DNA of 64,000 nucleotides from Betaproteobacteria bacterium (GTDB lineage Bacteria; Pseudomonadota; Gammaproteobacteria; Burkholderiales; Burkholderiaceae_D), in the NCBI GenBank assembly GCA_025356395.1, contig JANXTA010000084.1:14659-78658 (forward strand). The letters run 5' to 3'. The notes under the pieces are model-generated. The model searched no databases. It was not told the origin of the DNA and saw only the letters and a program-made list of their open reading frames with translations. The translations under genes and the position numbers were made by a program. Positions 1 to 9,368 of the stretch are shown piece after piece (the stretch's first letter is position 1; each line of letters begins with the position of its first letter).

Positions 1-1
1 G

Positions 2-748
2 GCGCTCGTCAACCTCGACGCGCGCCCTGCTCCCGCAGGTCCGATGACCGTCGTGCTCGGACCGGGCTGGCCCGGCGTGCTGCTGCACGAGGCGATCGGT
101 CACGGCCTCGAAGGCGACTTCAATCGCAAGGGATCGTCGGCGTTCTCGGGTCGCATCGGCGAGCGCGTGGCCGCGCCCGGCATCACCATCGTCGACGACG
201 GCACGATCCCCGATCGCCGCGGCTCGCTCAACATCGACGACGAGGGCAACAGCACGCAGTGCACGACGCTGATCGAGGACGGTATCCTCAAGGGCTACAT
301 GCAGGACACGCTGAACGCGCGCCTGATGAAGACCGGCGTGACCGGCAACGGACGGCGTGAGTCATACGCCAGCCTGCCGATGCCGCGCATGACCAACACC
401 TACATGCTCAACGGCACGCGCGACCCGAAGGAGATCATCGCGTCGGTCGAGGATGGCCTGTACGCGGTCAACTTCGGCGGCGGCCAGGTCGACATCACCA
501 ACGGCAAGTTCGTCTTCACCGCGACCGAGGCGTGGCGCATCCAGAACGGCAAGGTCACGTATCCGGTCAAGGGCGCGACGCTGATCGGCAACGGTCCCGA
601 CGCGCTGACCCGCGTGTCGATGATCGGCAACGACATGGCGCTAGACGGCGGCGTGGGCACCTGCGGCAAGGAAGGCCAGAGCATCCCGGTGGGCCTCGGC
701 CAGCCGACCTTGCGGATCGACGGGTTGACGGTGGGCGGTACGGGCTGA
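2..748 (+). CDS. tldD: TldD-family metalloprotease, C-terminal part (5' end lies upstream of the window)
   Basis: The frame is open from the window edge to the stop at 746-748. It has the [11 protein letters not shown] zinc-site motif and a conserved TldD/PmbA-type C-terminus ([39 protein letters not shown]). Confidence 0.85.
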   Translation, partial: ALVNLDARPAPAGPMTVVLGPGWPGVLLHEAIGHGLEGDFNRKGSSAFSGRIGERVAAPGITIVDDGTIPDRRGSLNIDDEGNSTQCTTLIEDGILKGYMQDTLNARLMKTGVTGNGRRESYASLPMPRMTNTYMLNGTRDPKEIIASVEDGLYAVNFGGGQVDITNGKFVFTATEAWRIQNGKVTYPVKGATLIGNGPDALTRVSMIGNDMALDGGVGTCGKEGQSIPVGLGQPTLRIDGLTVGGTG

Positions 749-831
749 GCCGCGCACTCACGGTCGCGCCGGCCGGCGTTGGTCAGCGCTTGTTGTTTGT
801 CTTTCGTAGCTCCACGACGATCGGGACGACC

Positions 832-1611
832 ATGATGAAGAGGCACGCGGTGCAGCGCTTTTCCGGCCCGTTGACGCTCTGCGCAGCGCTCGCTTTCGGG
901 GGCGCTGCCGCAGCGGCGGAAGAGCCGAACAGCTACGCCGTCGCTGCGCTCGTCGTCCAGGAGATCACGGTGGTCACCTATGAGTCAACGGTCGGCAGCA
1001 GACTGGATCGAAACTGCGAGCCGCACATCCCGATCCTCGACGATCATTTCGACCGCCTGGCCACCGAGCTCTCGATCGGCGTGATCCGCGACACGTTGCC
1101 GACCGCCGTCGTGCAGCCCATGTCTTTCAGGGACACGGCGCCGTTCGCCAATCCCGATGCGCTGCTCCCTGACCAAGGCCTGAAGCCGCTGCTCGAAGCC
1201 GTGCAGGCGCAATCGCTACCGAAGGACACGCACTATGTCGTGCTGATCAGCAAGTTCCGCAGCGACGCGCGTCTCAAGGTCTCGTCCGGGACGATCGGCA
1301 GCGGCAAGCTGACCGGCCTCGGCTTCTACATCGACGCGGACAAACAGATGAAGCGGACCGATACCGGCGAGCCGGGCCGGGGTTTCGTCTCGCCATTCGC
1401 CTACGTCACCGTGAGCCTGATCGACCTGCGGACGGGAACGGTGGTGCGCTTCGTCACCGCGACGGAGAGCGAAGCTCGCGCGAACGTCGGTCCGAACACC
1501 ACGCTCAATCCGTGGGATGCGACGACCGCCGAGCAGAAGCTGCGAGCACTCGACAACAGGCTGGGCAGGGCCCTGCGTTCCGCCATCCCTCGAGTCATCG
1601 CGCCGGCATGA
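832..1611 (+). CDS. Hypothetical secreted/periplasmic protein
   Basis: An in-frame ATG at 832 inside track ORF 532..1611 gives MMKRHAVQRFSGPLTLCAALAFGGAAAAAEE, a Sec-type signal peptide. The upstream part of the track ORF overlaps tldD and is Arg-rich off-frame noise. No family recognised. Confidence 0.5.
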   Translation: MMKRHAVQRFSGPLTLCAALAFGGAAAAAEEPNSYAVAALVVQEITVVTYESTVGSRLDRNCEPHIPILDDHFDRLATELSIGVIRDTLPTAVVQPMSFRDTAPFANPDALLPDQGLKPLLEAVQAQSLPKDTHYVVLISKFRSDARLKVSSGTIGSGKLTGLGFYIDADKQMKRTDTGEPGRGFVSPFAYVTVSLIDLRTGTVVRFVTATESEARANVGPNTTLNPWDATTAEQKLRALDNRLGRALRSAIPRVIAPA

Positions 1612-1685
1612 TGGGACGACCACGTCGATGCCCGAGCCGGCAGTCGATGCGGAACGACAGTCGCGGGCCGATCTGCTGCTGAGCG

Positions 1686-2927
1686 ATGCGCTTCGTCCCA
1701 TTCGTCCTGTCACCGCGGCTGTTCGCGCGCTTCGCCGCCAGGACGGCAGAGCGTCAACGCGCAGGCGCGGCCCCCGCGAGAAAGCAGGAACGCGACCTGC
1801 GCGTCGACTTCTTCCGCGGTCTGGCGCTGTGGTTTATCTTCCTCGATCACGTCCCGTCGAACGCGATCGGCCAGTTCACGCTGCGCAACTTCGGCTTCTC
1901 GGACGCCACCGAGATCTTCGTCTTCATCTCGGGCTACTCGGCGGCCATCGCCTACGGTCGGTCCGAACGCAAGCTCGGCTTCGTCTACATGACGGCCCAC
2001 GTGTGGCGACGCTGCTGGCAGCTCTACGTTGCCCACCTGATCCTGTTCGTGTTCTACACCGCGCAAGTCGCGTGGCTCGCGGAGCGCTTCTCGAACTCGA
2101 TGTACGTCGAGGAGCTCAACATCACGCGTTTCCTCGAAGCGCCGCACATCGCGCTGCTCGAGGCCCTGACGCTGCGCTTCCGCCCGGCCAACCTCGACAT
2201 CCTGCCGCTCTACATCGTGCTGTTGTTTGTCTTCCCGTTCGTGCAACGCGCGCTGCGGGCGATGCCGGTGGCAGCGCTGGCGGGTTGCTTCTCGCTCTAT
2301 CTCGCCGCGCGCTACCTCGGCTGGAACCTGCCAACGTCGGTCGAGGGCATCGGCTGGTACTTCAATCCGTTTGCGTGGCAGTTGCTGTTCTTCATCGGCG
2401 CGGTCTGCGCGATCGCGCCGCCGCGCTGGCGACCGGTCATGGCGTGGCGACCGTGGCTCGGCGCGCTGTGCGCGATCTATCTGGTGTTCTCGACCGTCGT
2501 CGCGGGAAGCTGGCAGTTCGACACGTTCGGGGACCTGATGGCCGCGTGGATGCCGCAGGCCTGGTTCGAGTGGATGTACCCGATCGACAAGACCAACATG
2601 GACATCCTCAGGCTCGCGCATTTCGGGGCGCTCGCCTACCTGTGCGCGCACTACGTGAGGCCCTCGGCACGGTTTCTGCGACAGGGTTGGGCACGGCCGC
2701 TGATCGCCTGCGGACGCCAGTCGCTGTACGTCTTCTGCCTCGGCATCTTCCTGTCGTTCGCCGCGCATTTCGCGCTGGTCGAATTCAACGCGCGCCTGCC
2801 GATGCAGATCGGCGTGAGCATCGCGGGGATCGGCCTGATGACCTCGCTGGCGGCGCTGATGAACTGGTATCGCCAGCGCGAGACGGCGGCCGGAGAACGC
2901 AAGTCGACACGCACGGTCAACGGCTGA
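1686..2927 (+). CDS. OpgC/MdoC-family polytopic membrane acyltransferase-like protein
   Basis: 413-aa multi-TM protein. The N-terminal pattern RVDFFRGLALWFIFLDHVP...FVFISGYSAAIAYG is typical of OpgC-domain (acyltransferase-3-like) proteins. Confidence 0.7.
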   Translation: MRFVPFVLSPRLFARFAARTAERQRAGAAPARKQERDLRVDFFRGLALWFIFLDHVPSNAIGQFTLRNFGFSDATEIFVFISGYSAAIAYGRSERKLGFVYMTAHVWRRCWQLYVAHLILFVFYTAQVAWLAERFSNSMYVEELNITRFLEAPHIALLEALTLRFRPANLDILPLYIVLLFVFPFVQRALRAMPVAALAGCFSLYLAARYLGWNLPTSVEGIGWYFNPFAWQLLFFIGAVCAIAPPRWRPVMAWRPWLGALCAIYLVFSTVVAGSWQFDTFGDLMAAWMPQAWFEWMYPIDKTNMDILRLAHFGALAYLCAHYVRPSARFLRQGWARPLIACGRQSLYVFCLGIFLSFAAHFALVEFNARLPMQIGVSIAGIGLMTSLAALMNWYRQRETAAGERKSTRTVNG

Positions 2928-3000
2928 CCGCGCGCGTCATCGAACGGCCGCTGGAACCACGATTCCCATTCATGACGTCAGCACGTCCTCATCCACCGCA

Positions 3001-3849
3001 ATGACCAGAAGCGACTTCGACGGACACGATCGGGCAGCGAGTGACAGGCGTCGTCACCCGTTGCGCGTGCGCCTGTGTCGCGTCGTGGCGGCCCTGATGC
3101 TCGCGGCTTCGTGGTCGCAGGCGTCTGCGGCGCCGGTAGCGAAGGAAGCGCCGCGCGACTCGACCATGCCGACGCAGTGCAACGTTCCCGACGACACCGC
3201 GATAATCGAAAGCCCGCTGCCGCGACTGGCGAAGAAGCTCAGGTCTTCCGATGCCTTGACGGTCGTCGTGATCGGCTCGGGGTCGGCAGTCGGCAGCGGC
3301 ACCACCCGCAAGGGGGCCGCGTTCCCGTTCCGCTTCGAGACGCGCCTGCAGAAGGCCTTTCCGAAGCCGAAGATCCGCCTCGTCGTGCTGGCCGAGATGG
3401 GACAGACCGCGATACTGAGCTATGCCCGCATCGCCAAGGAGGTCGCGCCGCTCAAGCCCGCGCTGGTGATCTGGCAGACCGGATCGGCCGATGCGGCGCG
3501 CGGCGTGCCGGTGATGGACTTCGGAAGCGCCCTCGAACGCGGCATCGGCGACCTGCGCGACCAGGGTGCCGACGTGCTGCTGGTCGACAGCCAGTTCAGC
3601 CCGCGTGCCTCGCTGCTGGTCAACACCGACGGTTATCGCGAGGCCGTGCGCTGGAACGCACGGCGTTACGACGTGCCGCTCTTCAAGCGTTACGACACGA
3701 TGCAGTACTGGTGGTCGCACGAGGTGTTCGACCTCGATGCCGAGGACAAGGCGAACCAGCTCGAGAACGCCGACCGCATCCACGACTGCGTGGCGGCGTG
3801 GCTGGTGCGCGTCGTCGAGCGCGGCGTCGCGACGGGACCGAAATCATGA
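3001..3849 (+). CDS. Secreted SGNH/GDSL-like hydrolase or acyltransferase, paralog 1
   Basis: Signal-peptide-like N-terminus (VVAALMLAASWSQASAAP), Block I VVVIGSGSAVGSG, Block V-like DRIH near the C-terminus. The exact start is uncertain. Confidence 0.6.
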   Translation: MTRSDFDGHDRAASDRRRHPLRVRLCRVVAALMLAASWSQASAAPVAKEAPRDSTMPTQCNVPDDTAIIESPLPRLAKKLRSSDALTVVVIGSGSAVGSGTTRKGAAFPFRFETRLQKAFPKPKIRLVVLAEMGQTAILSYARIAKEVAPLKPALVIWQTGSADAARGVPVMDFGSALERGIGDLRDQGADVLLVDSQFSPRASLLVNTDGYREAVRWNARRYDVPLFKRYDTMQYWWSHEVFDLDAEDKANQLENADRIHDCVAAWLVRVVERGVATGPKS

Positions 3850-4664
3850 GGCGATGGATCGCGGCGCTCGCGATCGCCGTCTGCACCATGCAGACGATCG
3901 CCGCCGAGGACCGGACGCCGGTACGCGACGTCTGCGCCGCACCGGCCACGCTCGGCCGTCTCACCGACGCGTTGCCGAAGACGCGCGCGGCGCTCGCGGC
4001 CGGTCGTCCGCTGAAGATCGTGACGCTCGGCTCGTCGTCGACCGCCGGCGCGGGCGCGAGCGCGACCCGCTTCAGCTATCCGTCCCGCCTGGCCGTCGAG
4101 CTCGCGCAACGCAAACCCGCGGCAACGGTCGAGATCGTCAACCGCGGTCTCAACGGCGAGGACGTGTGGGAGAACATGAAGCGCCTGGATGCCGACGTGA
4201 TCGCGGCGAAACCCGACCTCGTGATCTGGCAGTTCGGGACCAATGCAGTGCTGCACGACATCGACTACGACGACTTCAATCGGGTCGCGCAGGAAGGCAT
4301 CGACCGCATGCATGCAGCCCATATCGAGATCCTGTTGATGGACCTGCAGTACGCGCCACGCGTGACCGAAGTGCCCGACCACCAGCGCATGCTCGACGAC
4401 TTCGACCTGCTCGGCGTCCGCAACCACATCCCCGTCTTCCATCGCTATGCCGTGATGAAGTTCTGGGCCGATGCGATGCGCAACGACTACGTCAGCATGC
4501 TGTCGTCCGACGGCCTGCATCTCAACGACACCAGCTACGGTTGCCTGGCGGAGCGGCTGGCGGACGCCATCGTCGGAGCCGTGCCGACCCCGACGGGTCC
4601 GACGAAGGTCTCGATCGGTCCGGGTGGCAAGCCTGACCATCTGACGAACCGGCCACCTCGCTAG
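3846..4664 (+). CDS. Secreted SGNH/GDSL-like hydrolase or acyltransferase, paralog 2
   Basis: ATG 3846 overlaps the stop of the previous gene (ATGA). Signal peptide MRRWIAALAIAVCTMQTIAA, Block I IVTLGSSSTAGAG, Block III WQFGTNA, Block V SSDGLHLN. The upstream part of track ORF 3075..4664 is off-frame over the preceding gene. Confidence 0.65.
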   Translation: MRRWIAALAIAVCTMQTIAAEDRTPVRDVCAAPATLGRLTDALPKTRAALAAGRPLKIVTLGSSSTAGAGASATRFSYPSRLAVELAQRKPAATVEIVNRGLNGEDVWENMKRLDADVIAAKPDLVIWQFGTNAVLHDIDYDDFNRVAQEGIDRMHAAHIEILLMDLQYAPRVTEVPDHQRMLDDFDLLGVRNHIPVFHRYAVMKFWADAMRNDYVSMLSSDGLHLNDTSYGCLAERLADAIVGAVPTPTGPTKVSIGPGGKPDHLTNRPPR

Positions 4665-4733
4665 GAGGCCATTCCTTCCGCGTAGACTCGCTGACAGCCG
4701 CTCGATGACGGCGCGTACAGGGAGTCCCCAGGG

Positions 4734-6866
4734 ATGAGCAAGAGCAAAAAGCCGATCACGATCGAGGATCTGTGGTCGATGAAGCGCTTCGGCGCGCCCA
4801 CGTTGTCGCCGGACGGACGCTGGGCCTGTGCCACGGTCACGTCGTTCTCGATGGAAGGCAATGACAGCCGCACGCAGCTCTGGCTGTTCTCCACCGACGG
4901 CAAGACCCAACGCCCCCTCACCAGCGGCACGAAGGATGGCGATCCGCAGTGGTCGCCCGACGGACGTTGGATCGCATTCACGTCGCGGCGGCCGAAGGCC
5001 GACGGCGGCGCGCTTGAGGACGAGGCGCAGCTCCACCTGATCGCCGCGGACGGCGGCGAGGCGCTGCGCGTCAGCGAACACGCGACCGGCATCGGCGCGC
5101 TGCGCTGGTTCCCCGACAGCACGCGCATCGCGTTCGTGTCGTGGGTCTGGCCCGACGAGAGCGGCAGCAAGGCGCAGGCGAAGCGCATGAAGGCCGAGCA
5201 CGACGACAAGGTCAAGGCCTACGTCGTCGAGAAGAATCATTACCGCTACTGGGACCACTGGATGTTGCGCGGCAGGTTGCCGCACATCCATGTCGCCACG
5301 CTGCCGATCGCTGCGCTCGAGGCCAGCTTCGCGGGGACCGCCACGATCCGCGACCTGTTCGAGGGCACGTCCTTCCACCTGCCGCCGCAGGACCCGGACG
5401 CCAATCTCTACGACATCAGTCCCGACGGAAAGGAGATCGCGTTCACGCATGACTTCGATCCCGATCCCCGCGCGCCGTCGTTCACCGACGTGGTGCTGAT
5501 AGACGTGAAGAAGGGCAAGTGGACCGTGCCGACGCGAGACAGCGGGCGAGCCGAAGAGGCGCCGCGCTATTCGCCGGACGGCCAGTGGATCGCCATCCTC
5601 TCGTCGGACCTCGCCCGCGCGCACAACGAACAGTCGCGCCTCGCCGTGATCCGTCGCGGCGATCACGCGATCGTCCCGCTGACCTTCGCGTGGGATCGTG
5701 GCATCACCGGTCCCGCGCACTGGACCCCCGATTCGAAGTCCCTGCTGTTCCTGGCCGAGGACGAGATCGCGCAGCCGATCTGGGCGATCGACGTGCCTGC
5801 CGCCGATGTTGCCGCCTTCGAAGGTGCGTCGCCGCGCGAGGTGCTGCGCGGTCCACGCCATGGCGGCGTGAGCGGCGACCTGAACGTGGCGCGCAACGGC
5901 GGCACGCTGGTCTATTCGCGCTCGTCTCAGAGCCATCCGCCGAGCCTGTTCGCCTGCGATGCCGGCGGCAGCAACGAACGCGCGATCGAGACGATCAACG
6001 CCGCGATCCTCGATCGTCTCGCGCTGGCCACGGCCCACTCGGTCACGGTGGCGGGCTTCGAAGGCGACCCGGTACAGATGTGGGTCATCACGCCGCCCGG
6101 CTTCACGCTCGAGAGCGACGGGAAAGAAAAGAAGAAGGACCAGAAACAATGGCCGCTGATGCACTCCATCCACGGCGGCCCGCACACCTGCGCGAACGAC
6201 GGCTGGCACTGGCGCTGGAACACGCAGTTGTTCGCGGCCCAGGGCACCGTGGTCGCGTCGGTCAACTATCACGGCTCGACCGGCTGGGGCCAGGGCTTCG
6301 TCGGCTCCATCAACGGCGACTGGGGACGCCGCGAGCTGGCCGACGTCGAGGCCGGCACCGAGTTCCTGCTGCGCACCGGCCGCATCGATCCGAAGCGCGT
6401 GACGGCGACCGGCGGCAGCTACGGCGGCTACATGGTCGCGCTGATGAACGGCCGCGCGACGCCGGGTCGCTATGCGGCCTACGTCTGTCACGCGGGCTGC
6501 TACGACTGGGTCGCGATGATGGGATCGGACGGCTACTTCTGGTTCGGTCAGGAGCTGGGCGGCTTCCCGTGGGAAGCGGAGGCCCATGTCCTCTCGCAAT
6601 CGCCGCACCACTACGCCGACGCCTTCGAGACGCCGACGCTCGTGATCCACGGCGAGCTCGACTACCGCGTGCCCTACTACCAGGGGCTCGCCTACTACAA
6701 CACGCTACGCGTGAAGAAGGTGCCGTCGCGGCTGCTGTGCTATCCCGACGAGAACCACTGGATCCTGAAGCCGCAGAACTCGAAGCTCTGGTACCGCGAG
6801 TTCTTCGACTGGATCGAGCGCTACGCGGGGCCGTCAAGGAAATCCGCCGTCGCACGACGAAGCTGA
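4734..6866 (+). CDS. S9-family serine peptidase (prolyl oligopeptidase / acylaminoacyl-peptidase type)
   Basis: The N-terminal propeller-like region has repeated WSPDG-type blades (QWSPDGRWIAF, YSPDGQWIAI, ISPDGKEIAF). The C-terminal alpha/beta-hydrolase has the GGSYGGYM nucleophile elbow and HGELDYRVP. Confidence 0.85.
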   Translation: MSKSKKPITIEDLWSMKRFGAPTLSPDGRWACATVTSFSMEGNDSRTQLWLFSTDGKTQRPLTSGTKDGDPQWSPDGRWIAFTSRRPKADGGALEDEAQLHLIAADGGEALRVSEHATGIGALRWFPDSTRIAFVSWVWPDESGSKAQAKRMKAEHDDKVKAYVVEKNHYRYWDHWMLRGRLPHIHVATLPIAALEASFAGTATIRDLFEGTSFHLPPQDPDANLYDISPDGKEIAFTHDFDPDPRAPSFTDVVLIDVKKGKWTVPTRDSGRAEEAPRYSPDGQWIAILSSDLARAHNEQSRLAVIRRGDHAIVPLTFAWDRGITGPAHWTPDSKSLLFLAEDEIAQPIWAIDVPAADVAAFEGASPREVLRGPRHGGVSGDLNVARNGGTLVYSRSSQSHPPSLFACDAGGSNERAIETINAAILDRLALATAHSVTVAGFEGDPVQMWVITPPGFTLESDGKEKKKDQKQWPLMHSIHGGPHTCANDGWHWRWNTQLFAAQGTVVASVNYHGSTGWGQGFVGSINGDWGRRELADVEAGTEFLLRTGRIDPKRVTATGGSYGGYMVALMNGRATPGRYAAYVCHAGCYDWVAMMGSDGYFWFGQELGGFPWEAEAHVLSQSPHHYADAFETPTLVIHGELDYRVPYYQGLAYYNTLRVKKVPSRLLCYPDENHWILKPQNSKLWYREFFDWIERYAGPSRKSAVARRS

Positions 6867-6894
6867 CGCACCAGGGCCACCGCGAAGGAAGACC

Positions 6895-7818
6895 GTGCTG
6901 ATCGTCGAACACCTCGCCAAGTCCTACGGCGCCAAGCAGGCGGTGATCGACGTGTCACTGTCGGTGGGTGCCGGCGAAGTGGTCGGGCTGCTGGGACCCA
7001 ACGGCGCCGGCAAGTCGACCACGGTCGCGATGATCTGCGGCCTGGTCGCGCCCGACTCGGGGCGCGTCCTGATCGACGGCAAGCCGATCGTCGACGACGA
7101 CAGTCCGGTCAAGCGCCGCATCGGCCTCGTGCCGCAGGACATTTCGCTGTTCGAGGACTTTGGCGCACGCGGCAATCTCGAACTGTTCGGCGCGCTGTAC
7201 GGCATCAAGGGCTCGCTGCTCAAGCAGCGGGTCGACGCGGCCCTCGAACTGGTCGGCCTCACCGAACGCGCACGCGACAAGCCGTCGAGCTACTCGGGCG
7301 GCATGAAGCGACGACTCAACATCGCGGCCGCTTTGATCCACGACCCCGATCTGCTGATCCTCGACGAACCCACCGTCGGCATCGATCCGCAGAGCCGCAA
7401 CGCCATCTTCGACAATCTCGAAGCGCTCGCCGCGAGCGGCAAGGCGATCGTCTACACGACGCACTACATGGAAGAGGTGGAGAGGCTCGCCGACCGCATC
7501 GTGATCGTCGATCACGGTCGCGTGGTGGCTTCCGACACGCCCGCGGTGCTGAAGCGGGCGCTCGGCAACACCGGCGTGGTGGTGCTCGAGATCGACGGCA
7601 CGGTCGACGTGGCGGCGCTGCTGCTCGAGTCCGGCGTGACGCGCGCCGAGCAGCGCGAAGAGACGCTCACGCTCGGCATCGCCGACCTCGGTGCAAGCCT
7701 GCCGTACGTGCTGACGTGGCTCGCGGCCCGCGGCCACGCGGTCCGGCGCATCACGAGTTCGCAGGCGAACCTCGAAGACGTGTTCCTGTCGCTGACCGGT
7801 CGTCAGTTGCGCGATTGA
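6895..7818 (+). CDS. ABC transporter ATP-binding protein (ABC-2 exporter type)
   Basis: Walker A GPNGAGKST, signature YSGGMKRRL, Walker B LLILDEPT. GTG start as in the track. Confidence 0.85.
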   Translation: MLIVEHLAKSYGAKQAVIDVSLSVGAGEVVGLLGPNGAGKSTTVAMICGLVAPDSGRVLIDGKPIVDDDSPVKRRIGLVPQDISLFEDFGARGNLELFGALYGIKGSLLKQRVDAALELVGLTERARDKPSSYSGGMKRRLNIAAALIHDPDLLILDEPTVGIDPQSRNAIFDNLEALAASGKAIVYTTHYMEEVERLADRIVIVDHGRVVASDTPAVLKRALGNTGVVVLEIDGTVDVAALLLESGVTRAEQREETLTLGIADLGASLPYVLTWLAARGHAVRRITSSQANLEDVFLSLTGRQLRD

Positions 7819-7830
7819 TCGGATAACGCC

Positions 7831-9135
7831 TTGAACGCTCTCGTCGCGTTGGTCCGCAAAGATTTGATCCTCTACTTTTCGAATCGACGCGCGCTGTTGA
7901 TGACACTGGCGGCGCCGATCGCCATCGCCGCTTTCTTCGGGTCGCTGTTCGGCGGCTCGAAGGACACCGAGCGCGCGAAGGTGCCGATCGCGATCATCGA
8001 CCTCGACCAGAGCACGACGTCGAAGAAGATCGTCGATGCGATGGTGGCCGACAAGACGCTGGAGGTGCAGCCGCTCGATGCGGCGCAAGCCGCCGACGCG
8101 GTGCGCCGCGGCAAGCTGCGGGCCGTGGTCACGGTGCCGGCGCACTTCGGCGCGAACGCGGCGCCCGCGCTGTTCGGCGGACGCGACAAGCCCGTCATCG
8201 ACATCCAGTTCGACCCGTCGCAGGCCTTCGCGATGCAGATCGTGCAGGGCCTCCTCGCGCAGCACGTGATGGAGGGTGTGACCCAGAACGCTTTTTCGTC
8301 GGGGCCGGGCAGTCCGGACATCACGAGCGCAGCACGAAGGAGCGTCCTCGACAGCAAGACGATGTCGGAGACCTCGCGCAAGGATCTGCTGGCGCTCTTC
8401 GATTCGGTCGAGCGGGTGCGTGCGGACGATGCGCAGACGAACAGCGGTGCAGCGGGTTCGGCGCCGAGCTTCCAGATGCCCTACACGGTCAAGGAGACCG
8501 AGGCGACTTCCACAAGGACCGACGCGAAGTACGACGGCTACTCGCACTCGTTCGCGGGCATGGGCGTGCAGTTCATCCTGTTCATGGGTATCGACCTCGG
8601 CATCAAGCTGCTGACAATGCGACGCATGGGTCTGTGGCAACGACTGCGCGCGGCGCCGTTGACGCGCGGCTTCCTGCTCGGCAGCCAGATCGTCAGCGGC
8701 GCGATTATCGCGGCGATCCTTTTCACACTGATCTTCGCGGTCGGCATGCTGCTGTTCGGCGTCCGCGTCGAAGGCAGCGCGATCGGCTTCGTCGGACTGA
8801 TCCTGGCCTTCGCCGTGATGACCGCGGCGTTCGGGCTCTTCATCGCGGCCCTCGGCAGGACGCCCGAGGCCACGCGCGGGCTGGCGATCTTCGCGACGCT
8901 CGTGATGGTGATGCTCGGCGGCGCCTGGGTGCCGGTCTTCGTTTTTCCGAAATGGCTGCAGACCGGCTCGCTGATCATGCCGACCCGCTGGGCGGTGGAC
9001 GGCTTCGACGCGATGACGTGGCGCGGCCTGGGGATGGAGGCAGCGTGGCTGCCGATCGTCGTGCTGCTGGGTTTCGCGTTGTTATTCGGCGTGGTCGCGG
9101 CGCTGCGCTTCGACTGGGATGAGAAAGAGGGATGA
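7831..9135 (+). CDS. ABC-2 family transporter permease
   Basis: Lies 12 nt after the ATPase gene. One N-terminal TM, a large soluble loop, then a cluster of C-terminal TM helices, which is the typical ABC-2 permease layout. Confidence 0.8.
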   Translation: MNALVALVRKDLILYFSNRRALLMTLAAPIAIAAFFGSLFGGSKDTERAKVPIAIIDLDQSTTSKKIVDAMVADKTLEVQPLDAAQAADAVRRGKLRAVVTVPAHFGANAAPALFGGRDKPVIDIQFDPSQAFAMQIVQGLLAQHVMEGVTQNAFSSGPGSPDITSAARRSVLDSKTMSETSRKDLLALFDSVERVRADDAQTNSGAAGSAPSFQMPYTVKETEATSTRTDAKYDGYSHSFAGMGVQFILFMGIDLGIKLLTMRRMGLWQRLRAAPLTRGFLLGSQIVSGAIIAAILFTLIFAVGMLLFGVRVEGSAIGFVGLILAFAVMTAAFGLFIAALGRTPEATRGLAIFATLVMVMLGGAWVPVFVFPKWLQTGSLIMPTRWAVDGFDAMTWRGLGMEAAWLPIVVLLGFALLFGVVAALRFDWDEKEG

Positions 9136-9368
9136 GAACAAGTCCTACGCGACGTTCTCGACGGTTACCTACAAACTAAGCGGCATCGGGCCCGGGATAA
9201 TCGATGGGTCGAGTTCGCAAGGATTGTGGATACGCTGCAAGACCTCACTTGCTTGCCCGCCGCCAGGACCACTCGCCCGATGTCGCGGCGGGCCCATACC
9301 AGCAGTCGCTCCGTCATCGTGCGGCAGGCGGCACCACCCAGACCGTCGCTTCCCCATTCACCACCCCC

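Noticed and set aside
3690-6650. 986-aa minus-strand ORF antisense to the SGNH and S9 peptidase genes
   Set aside because: It lies exactly opposite well-supported genes with clear catalytic motifs. Its translation is Arg/Ala/Gly/Pro/Val-rich low-complexity with no motif. Long antisense ORFs are an expected artefact of stop-codon-poor high-GC DNA.
6955-8640. 561-aa minus-strand ORF antisense to the ABC ATPase and permease genes. The same class includes 1517..3004(+), 1710..2768(-), 20531..22207(-), 29404..30834(+), 30512..31582(-), 54903..55982(-), 57999..59354(-) and 60161..61249(-)
   Set aside because: Each lies off-frame or antisense to a gene with strong family motifs. All have the typical off-frame high-GC amino-acid bias (R, A, G, P, D). 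No start context or motif supports any of them.
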